Of a DNA stretch of 64,000 nt, positions 58,168 through 64,000 are shown piece by piece. A model generated the notes under the pieces. The model worked only from the letters and a program-made list of their open reading frames with translations. It had not been told where the DNA came from and did no database searches. Both the position numbers and the translations under genes were made by a program. Source of the DNA: a virus (lineage: Duplodnaviria; Caudoviricetes); the IMG/VR virus record IMGVR_UViG_2619619259_000001, positions 16,985-80,984 of that record; one strand, written 5' to 3'. Each line of letters starts with the position of its first letter. Within the stretch, counting starts at the first letter, position 1.

Positions 58168-58424
58168 TGAGTAATGAGGTCTTATACCTAATTTATTACT
58201 GTATAGGGGCTGTCATAACATTTTATTTATTCCCCCTACTTGAGTCTCGAATAATAAGGCCAGTAGACAAGAACAATATCACCCGCCCGCTATGGGCTTT
58301 TTTTTCGTCTATAGCATGGCCTATAACTTTGCTGGTGGTTGTTCTGGCAATAATGATAACGCTTATTGGTGCGGTAATTATTGCCACGTGGGAAAAAATG
58401 ATCGTATTAGCCGGGGGTAAGTAA
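58158..58424 (+). CDS. Small two-TM membrane protein
   Basis: Two hydrophobic stretches; AWP motif. Confidence 0.55.
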   Translation: MEIMSNEVLYLIYYCIGAVITFYLFPLLESRIIRPVDKNNITRPLWAFFSSIAWPITLLVVVLAIMITLIGAVIIATWEKMIVLAGGK

Positions 58425-58431
58425 AATTAAC

Positions 58432-58626
58432 GTGATTAATGAAGTTAATGACGGACAGAGAGATCGATTTGAAGCTTGGCTAAAAATAAGGTTTCTTGAC
58501 GGGCGTGGCAACTTTGATCCTTGGAGTGGAAGGTATATTTATACGCACTCCCATATTCAAGCAATGTGGGAGGGGAGGCAGGCATGTTTAGAAGGTTTAG
58601 ATATGGAGGTTAGCAGGGATGCATGA
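58432..58626 (+). CDS. Small phage protein
   Basis: R.RFEAW...Y....Q.MWEG.QA pattern. Confidence 0.5.
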   Translation: MINEVNDGQRDRFEAWLKIRFLDGRGNFDPWSGRYIYTHSHIQAMWEGRQACLEGLDMEVSRDA

Positions 58627-58748
58627 GGGTAATAATGTGATTGATTCAAGATTAAAGGGGAAATTATGAGTTAGCCAGAGGTAGTTATAATTCTTTCATT
58701 CTTGGTTTTTCTTTATTTGATAACAAAAGATTAGTTAATGGAGCAATT

Positions 58749-59117
58749 ATGCCAGAAGTAACGGCACATACAGTAAAAATGGCTAAGGCAAGAGACAGCG
58801 ATCTAGATATGGCGTGGGCAGTTTTCCGCGCAGCTCAGCGTAATGAATATAGTTGGTGGGAACCTCGACATTGTGATTTAGAGGACATGCCAAGAGTCGC
58901 AAAGCTATTTTTCCTTCGATGCTGGAAATTGTGTATCGATGAGGGAGCCTTCAACAGAATACACGGTGGTTACGAAACACTTCTTCAACTTTGCGATTCT
59001 GAGAAAAATGTTTTGGAACTTCATCCACAACTAATGAAGGCTCAAGAAGATGCTGAATTACTGCCAATTTATGAAGAAGCCTATAGAGAGGCATTATTAG
59101 TAATTAATACTAAATAG
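58749..59117 (+). CDS. Hypothetical protein
   Basis: GGAG Shine-Dalgarno; co-directional run. Confidence 0.55.
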   Translation: MPEVTAHTVKMAKARDSDLDMAWAVFRAAQRNEYSWWEPRHCDLEDMPRVAKLFFLRCWKLCIDEGAFNRIHGGYETLLQLCDSEKNVLELHPQLMKAQEDAELLPIYEEAYREALLVINTK

Positions 59118-59128
59118 AGAGTAATGCT

Positions 59129-59515
59129 ATGGATGAATTATATTATCTACAGGATAGTCGAACCTATGTAGGGAATGATGTTCTTTGGTGGGGTGAAGGT
59201 GGGTGTGGTTACACCACAGATCTAAGAAAAGCTGAGGTGTATACCAAAGAAAGAGCTGTAAGGTTGCATAACATGAGGGAGACAGATATCCCTTGGCCAA
59301 AAGATTATATTGATAGTCGCACACGTCCAGCTGTAGACATGCAATACATCAACATAAAAGAAGCGTTAACCGGTACAGGAATTGAGTTAAAGAAGAAAAA
59401 AAAGCTTCAAACAGCGGGTTATCGTTGCCCCCAGTGTGGGAAATTTTTATCTGAACATGATTACTACGCAGGTCCATATGGTGGTGATTCGTGTAAACAC
59501 TGCCAGGGGTATTAG
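59129..59515 (+). CDS. Conserved phage protein with C-terminal zinc ribbon
   Basis: YYLQDSR.YVGND.LWW..GYTTDL.KA, RETDIPWP; CPQC/CKHC. Confidence 0.65.
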   Translation: MDELYYLQDSRTYVGNDVLWWGEGGCGYTTDLRKAEVYTKERAVRLHNMRETDIPWPKDYIDSRTRPAVDMQYINIKEALTGTGIELKKKKKLQTAGYRCPQCGKFLSEHDYYAGPYGGDSCKHCQGY

Positions 59516-59517
59516 TT

Positions 59518-59847
59518 ATGTCAAATCATCTACCATCTATTACTTATCTCGTCGCTGAGTTAAATGACATAGATAAGGCTCTAACTGAAACGGAAAAGGA
59601 AATACTTGAAAGTCTGATATTCAAAGTCAGCACATATCGACGTAATAACGCCATCAATCCTTATGTCGAGTATATTGTGACTGAGTCAGAAGGAGGATCT
59701 TTGCTCTCTCGATTGGAGAGTGCTTATCGTGAAGGGTATGCGAAGGGATCGGAGTGTGAGCGCTCAGGCTCATCGCTAATGACGTTTATTGAATACGTCG
59801 ATTGTGATTGGCTAGCATCTGATACATACAGAAGCACCCAAAGATAA
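59518..59847 (+). CDS. Hypothetical protein
   Basis: ORF in a co-directional run. Confidence 0.5.
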   Translation: MSNHLPSITYLVAELNDIDKALTETEKEILESLIFKVSTYRRNNAINPYVEYIVTESEGGSLLSRLESAYREGYAKGSECERSGSSLMTFIEYVDCDWLASDTYRSTQR

Positions 59848-59917
59848 CCTCATAGCATACCCGTAGTTCCACCAGCTTTAATTAGTGCTAGACTCCCCCA
59901 AAAACTTGGAGGGTTCC

Positions 59918-60163
59918 ATGTCAGCATCAAAACCAATCAATTTAGCCAATCTATCCTCTAAAGAGAAAGAGATGATGCAAGTCGATATGGCGGCAGGTAA
60001 TGTCGCATACCGAGAGCGTTATGGGCAACTCATAAACGCAGAGCAGATAGAAAGGGAACAACCTGAACACCTGAGAAGTTACTTTAGGCTCAGGCTGATT
60101 GAGTATCGAGAGATGAGGAAAAGACTTGGCGTACTGAAAACCGGCGCAGAAGAGAAGAGTTAA
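59918..60163 (+). CDS. hot: DNA polymerase III theta homologue (HolE/Hot)
   Basis: NLA.LS..E.....VD.AA..VAYRERY....AEQ..REQPEHLRSYFR.RL..YR; GGAGG Shine-Dalgarno. Confidence 0.85.
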   Translation: MSASKPINLANLSSKEKEMMQVDMAAGNVAYRERYGQLINAEQIEREQPEHLRSYFRLRLIEYREMRKRLGVLKTGAEEKS

Positions 60164-60181
60164 TGCCTATCAAACAAAACG

Positions 60182-60207
60182 AACCCGCTTTATCAGGCGG
60201 GTTTTTT
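60182..60207 (+). terminator. Intrinsic terminator
   Basis: AACCCGC-TTTATCAG-GCGGGTT-TTTTT. Confidence 0.75.
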
Positions 60208-60234
60208 ATTATCTAACAAGAAGAGGACATTTAC

Positions 60235-60525
60235 GTGATGCTAAATAAACACGCTCAACAGCCATCAATAAAGAAAGGGGATTTAGCCCTAATCATTAAG
60301 GCAAAAGAGCCCAGTAATTTGGGTAAAAGCGTTAGGGTTGTCGGTGTATTGGACTGTGGTGAGGATGGCATTAAGTACATCATTGACGGGAATCTTTCTG
60401 GAGATAAAGGGAGAGGTAAATATTGTGATGATTCATGCCTAATGCCACTAGAGGGAATGTTCCATGCTAAAGCATCACATCTAATATCAAGATCAACAAG
60501 TAAGGTGGCCCGTGGCAAAAAATAA
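60235..60525 (+). CDS. Hypothetical protein (possible SH3-like fold)
   Basis: KKGDLALII..N.GKSV.VV...D.CLMPL; GAGG Shine-Dalgarno. Confidence 0.55.
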   Translation: MMLNKHAQQPSIKKGDLALIIKAKEPSNLGKSVRVVGVLDCGEDGIKYIIDGNLSGDKGRGKYCDDSCLMPLEGMFHAKASHLISRSTSKVARGKK

Positions 60526-60598
60526 TAATGGCCTTTTCGAAGAGCTGAACGACTTATTTCTGTATAATTAATTGCTTTGTTGGTAACAAAAAGATCTT

Positions 60599-60859
60599 TT
60601 GAGAGATGCATGGATGAAAACTGAATTTGTAACGATGCCAGTATTCCGGCAGTTGGTAGAAAGTCATGGGGTACAGGAGTTCGTTATTCTTCGGCAAGCA
60701 GGAGTCTATCACCTATTTGCTGTTAATCGAGAAGCAAGGGTTGCCTACTACCTCAAAGAAGCCAGAGGCTGCATTAAAACATGGGAGAAATTAGACCTCC
60801 CTGCTAATTATCTATATTCACTTGGTATAAACTTCTTTTCGGTAAGAAATCAACAATAG
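60599..60859 (+). CDS. Small hypothetical protein
   Basis: ARG.IKTW..LD...YL..LGI..F.V pattern; start uncertain. Confidence 0.45.
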   Translation: MRDAWMKTEFVTMPVFRQLVESHGVQEFVILRQAGVYHLFAVNREARVAYYLKEARGCIKTWEKLDLPANYLYSLGINFFSVRNQQ

Positions 60860-60868
60860 AGAGCGAAA

Positions 60869-61069
60869 ATGAAGAAACTAAGTCCACCACATCATTTAAA
60901 AGGGGTTTCGCTGTACCTATTAATAGCTATCGCAGCGATCACTGCCAGAGCAATGGAGTTTACCAATATTTCTTGGCTCTATGTTTCTGCGTTGCTGTGG
61001 GTGCCATTTGCGATGCTCATATTTTTAATATTATTCGGATTTAGTCGTAAACGAGATAAATTAAAATAA
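60869..61069 (+). CDS. Small membrane protein
   Basis: Two TM segments; SW..V.A.LW.P. Confidence 0.55.
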   Translation: MKKLSPPHHLKGVSLYLLIAIAAITARAMEFTNISWLYVSALLWVPFAMLIFLILFGFSRKRDKLK

Positions 61070-61078
61070 TCGTTAGTA

Positions 61079-61708
61079 TTGGGATGTGGTTCTAAACACA
61101 CCCATATCAGCATGGGAGGACCATTGAGTAAAAACCTTTTCTCTACTTCGTGGTTAGTGTCATATGAAGCAAAACGCCAGACATCTAACCGAAAGAAAAG
61201 CATGCATAAGGCAGTAACTCTAGGCGATTGGGAAAATCCTCAAAAGCGTTCCGCTCACCGAATAGCGCTCGATATTCTAGAAAAAAAGCCCGAACTAATA
61301 GAAGGCCAGCAAGAGCATTATGCACAAGTAAGGATCTTCTACCATTTCGAATGCCACAATCCTGAGTTGTACGATTTGTTACACGCAACGCCTAATGGTG
61401 GAATGCGAACAAAAGCAACAGCTGGGAAAATGAAGGCAGAAGGGCAAAAAAGTGGTTATCCCGACATGAGTTTAGATGCCCCAAAAGGGAGTTATCATGG
61501 AATGCGTTTAGAGTTAAAAGTAGCCAAAAACTCGATAACATCGGCGCAAAAAAACATGCTTAATGCACTATCTGCCCAGGGGTATTACTGTGTATTAGCA
61601 TACGGGCATGAAGAGGCAATAGCGGCTATTGAGCAGTATTGGGGATTACCTGATCGAAGCGTATTACCACCTCATCCAAATGATCATAAATGGAAAGTGA
61701 AGCAATGA
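61079..61708 (+). CDS. VRR-NUC (PD-D/ExK) nuclease; start uncertain
   Basis: EH..Q, ATPNGG.R, G..SG.PD, LELK, Q...L..L..QGY. Confidence 0.85.
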   Translation: MGCGSKHTHISMGGPLSKNLFSTSWLVSYEAKRQTSNRKKSMHKAVTLGDWENPQKRSAHRIALDILEKKPELIEGQQEHYAQVRIFYHFECHNPELYDLLHATPNGGMRTKATAGKMKAEGQKSGYPDMSLDAPKGSYHGMRLELKVAKNSITSAQKNMLNALSAQGYYCVLAYGHEEAIAAIEQYWGLPDRSVLPPHPNDHKWKVKQ

Positions 61709-62028
61709 CGATAACGGTAGACTATATACTTGAAGGTTTGAACGATACATATCTAGCCCCTCGATCATTAAAAGTAAAGCGCAACTGCGCTAGGTTAATA
61801 GTAGAAACAGTAAAAATGATGGAAACTGGTGGCACCCATAACTTTGTTTTACGGAACGCAATGGATGCTATCGGAATGAATAAATCAATGTTCTACAACT
61901 ATTTTGATAACATTCTTGAATTATTCAAAACTATCATCAAATGCATTCCTCCTGAAGATCAGCTGACAGAGGCGCAACGCCGAGTTGTAGCAGAACTCAT
62001 TCTTGCAACAGAATCACCAGCGTTATAA
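61690..62028 (+). CDS. TetR-like HTH protein
   Basis: IGMNKSMFYNYFDNILEL. Confidence 0.55.
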   Translation: MESEAMTITVDYILEGLNDTYLAPRSLKVKRNCARLIVETVKMMETGGTHNFVLRNAMDAIGMNKSMFYNYFDNILELFKTIIKCIPPEDQLTEAQRRVVAELILATESPAL

Positions 62029-62109
62029 TAATTTGAAGTTCGTCATAATATTTAAAACTTATGGTTAGTTTTATATGACTTTCTCGAAAAACATGATACA
62101 TTTACTTCG

Positions 62110-62689
62110 AAGTCCATACTAGACACCACACGGATGTGGATCCTTAAGGGTTGCTGATTTTGTTGTCAGCAACCCTTTCAAGACAACCGCATGAGTATTG
62201 CAATTTACGTTTGTTGGCCCCCCAACATTTAGTTATTGACGTAGCAATACTCAGCCGATTGTCAAAGATTGAAACGGGCCGCTACGCTTTTTTTGATCTG
62301 TTAGCGTGAGCGTTTTGAGAGCAGTGAACGGCAAGTAACGCTCTCCTGTCTACGGCAGTAATTGCGGTTAGCCTGATCCCGCATAAATTAACCCGTTGAG
62401 TGAACAGTGCCGGGGCAACTCGCGTTAAGTTGTGAATTCCTCATGCCCCCAGCCAGCGGTGGGAAATAACACTGGCAGCAAGTGACCGTTTGCCCATTAC
62501 ACCGGGTGTTCCTTCGACGGGGTACTTATGATGATTACTCTAATAATCATCATTTGCGGACAGCGGGAAAGACTGCGAGCCAACACCAGTAAGCTGTGTC
62601 TCATCACAGGGCCGGATAAATTTCGCCGGTATTTTTATAAAAAAGTGTCTTAATTTATGTACTTCAACCCGCTTCGGCGGGTTTTTTTT
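62110..62689 (+). ncRNA. Candidate large structured non-coding RNA (boundaries and strand approximate)
   Basis: No ORF in the track; many nested stems; ends in terminator AACCCGC-TTCG-GCGGGTT-T run. Confidence 0.5.
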
Positions 62690-62690
62690 A

Positions 62691-62767
62691 GGCCCTCAAG
62701 CACATTCGGTATGGGCGTCCACCTCATAAGTGGAAGATAAGAGGTTCGAATCCTCTGGGGGCCACCA
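62691..62767 (+). tRNA. tRNA with CAT anticodon, probably tRNA-Ile2
   Basis: Acceptor GGCCCTC/GGGGGCC plus ACCA; anticodon arm TCCAC-CTCATAA-GTGGA; T arm AGAGG-TTCGAAT-CCTCT. Confidence 0.85.
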
Positions 62768-62812
62768 TATTCAATAATTGATTTTTTAACACTGATCTCA
62801 TGAGGTAAACAC

Positions 62813-63154
62813 ATGGCTGATATTGTTGTTGATAGTGTGAAGTTTGGTTTCGGGCAGGCAATGTTCTACCTTAAACAAGGCCGAGCGGTTGCGCGATCAA
62901 ATTGGAACGGGAAGGGTAGTATTTTTTTGATGAAAGGCTCCTACCCAGCAAATGACACTACATTGACGGGCTTCCATATCAATGGCGTTGATCGAAGTTT
63001 TTTTGAGTGTGGGCAGGAAGATACCGTTGTTAGAATGCCGTGCCTTGCAATGAATGCTGCGGACGGTTCTATTGTCACTGGCTGGCTAGCATCACAAACC
63101 GACATGCTCGCCGAAGACTGGAGTCTTCTCGCGGTAGCAAAAGAAAATGCTTAA
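62813..63154 (+). CDS. DUF2829 / Tad2-like protein
   Basis: FGQAM..LK.G..VAR..WNGKG...GWLASQTDMLAEDW. Confidence 0.85.
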   Translation: MADIVVDSVKFGFGQAMFYLKQGRAVARSNWNGKGSIFLMKGSYPANDTTLTGFHINGVDRSFFECGQEDTVVRMPCLAMNAADGSIVTGWLASQTDMLAEDWSLLAVAKENA

Positions 63155-63157
63155 ACC

Positions 63158-63427
63158 ATGAATTTCAGTGAAGCGCTTATTGCTGTTAAAGATGGGGAAA
63201 AAATCCTTCGCTCAGGTTGGAATGGCGCCAATCAATTTGTTATCAAAGCTGGTGGCTATACGTTAAATGAGTTAAGTCCAGATAGCGATTATGCAAGATC
63301 TGGCATTGACGGTGAGATCACTATAGCCCCGTATCTTATTTTGAAGAATGCACAAGGTATCATGCAGCCAGGATGGATACCAAGTCAGGGTGATCTGTTT
63401 GCTGATGATTGGAAGGTGCAGGAATAA
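63158..63427 (+). CDS. DUF2829 / Tad2-like protein (second paralogue)
   Basis: MNFSEAL..VK.G.K..R.GWNG...PY...GWIPSQGDLFADDW. Confidence 0.85.
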   Translation: MNFSEALIAVKDGEKILRSGWNGANQFVIKAGGYTLNELSPDSDYARSGIDGEITIAPYLILKNAQGIMQPGWIPSQGDLFADDWKVQE

Positions 63428-63624
63428 TGAAAACTTATACTTTCCCCCAATATGGGGTTAATGACACCACTCATACGATAGTTCTGGCGCGTATAACCGA
63501 TATTTGTCCATTCTCATCTAATGGTTTCAGAGGAACGCTGATCACATTGGATACGGGGAAAGAAATAAAAGTCGGCATGAATGATCATGAGGTAAAGGGA
63601 ATCATAGAGGGAGGGGAAGTTTGA
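63409..63624 (+). CDS. Small hypothetical protein
   Basis: Overlaps both neighbours; likely start ~63427. Confidence 0.5.
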   Translation: MEGAGIMKTYTFPQYGVNDTTHTIVLARITDICPFSSNGFRGTLITLDTGKEIKVGMNDHEVKGIIEGGEV

Positions 63625-63887
63625 GCAATATCACTGTCGTACCATTCAGAGTGAACCAAGACCAAGCACATAACAATGCAGAGGTTATCAAGATGCTAGA
63701 AAAGGCACTTGAGCATGCAAAGGCTGGTGGATCTCATTCGATGGCTTTAGTTATGTTGCAAGGTGATGAAGTTATGAATAGCTGGCATAACGGAACTGAT
63801 ATTAACCGAATGTTAGGTGCTTTCGAGTTACTGAAATTCGATTATTTGAATGCGCTCATCAATAAATCAATCTTAATTGGAGAATGA
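63621..63887 (+). CDS. Small phage hypothetical protein
   Basis: GGAGG Shine-Dalgarno; MSNITVVPF...VIKMLE.AL..A..G. Confidence 0.55.
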   Translation: MSNITVVPFRVNQDQAHNNAEVIKMLEKALEHAKAGGSHSMALVMLQGDEVMNSWHNGTDINRMLGAFELLKFDYLNALINKSILIGE

Positions 63888-63890
63888 CAA

Positions 63891-64000
63891 ATGGAAGAGA
63901 AATTAGTTCTGACTGCATGGCAAATCAAAGAACTTGCCAAGTTCGCCGAAGAAGAAGGGCAAGCGTCTTACACTATTTGCACAGGACAGGTCCTTGGGTT
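63891..64000 (+). CDS. Partial ORF running off the window
   Basis: GGAG Shine-Dalgarno, ATG at 63891, open to the end of the window. Confidence 0.4.
   Translation, partial: MEEKLVLTAWQIKELAKFAEEEGQASYTICTGQVLG

Larger units (their letters stand above)
1..64000. mobile_element. P1-like temperate phage-plasmid (whole window)
   Basis: Contractile-tail virion genes, dar/ddr genes, iteron RepA replicon and par module occur together; no chromosomal housekeeping genes. Confidence 0.92.

Noticed and set aside
1-64000. IS elements, integrase/invertase, rRNA, resistance genes or a true CRISPR array
   Set aside because: No supporting motifs, terminal repeats or repeat-spacer structure seen by eye; automated scans would be needed to exclude them fully.

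Overview
A 64-kb section of an AT-rich P1-like (Punavirus-type) phage-plasmid, probably from an enterobacterial host. It contains a dmt-like Dcm-Dam fusion, two type II toxin-antitoxin pairs, two C4-type antisense RNA cassettes, PAAR and spanin genes, a type Ib ParA/RHH partition module, and the head-tail operon (gp23 to tail fibre). Further along are lydAB-hdf-darA-ddrAB-hxr, an iteron-flanked RepA replicon, an endolysin, a second replication-like gene, protease/portal, darB-ulx-lxc, an early accessory region, a tRNA(CAT) and two DUF2829/Tad2-like genes. P1 gene names rest on recalled motifs plus gene order, not on database searches. The strongest novelty candidate is an overlapping five-gene minus-strand operon (9070-12708). 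It encodes an HTH regulator, a shortened Cas8e/Cse1 homologue, an unknown protein, an IbrA-like PAPS-reductase-family enzyme and an IbrB/ParB-like protein; no other cas gene or CRISPR array is visible in the window. The second candidate is a ~580-nt densely base-paired ORF-free region before the tRNA (possible large ncRNA). Four genes are split at homopolymer runs, most likely by sequencing errors.
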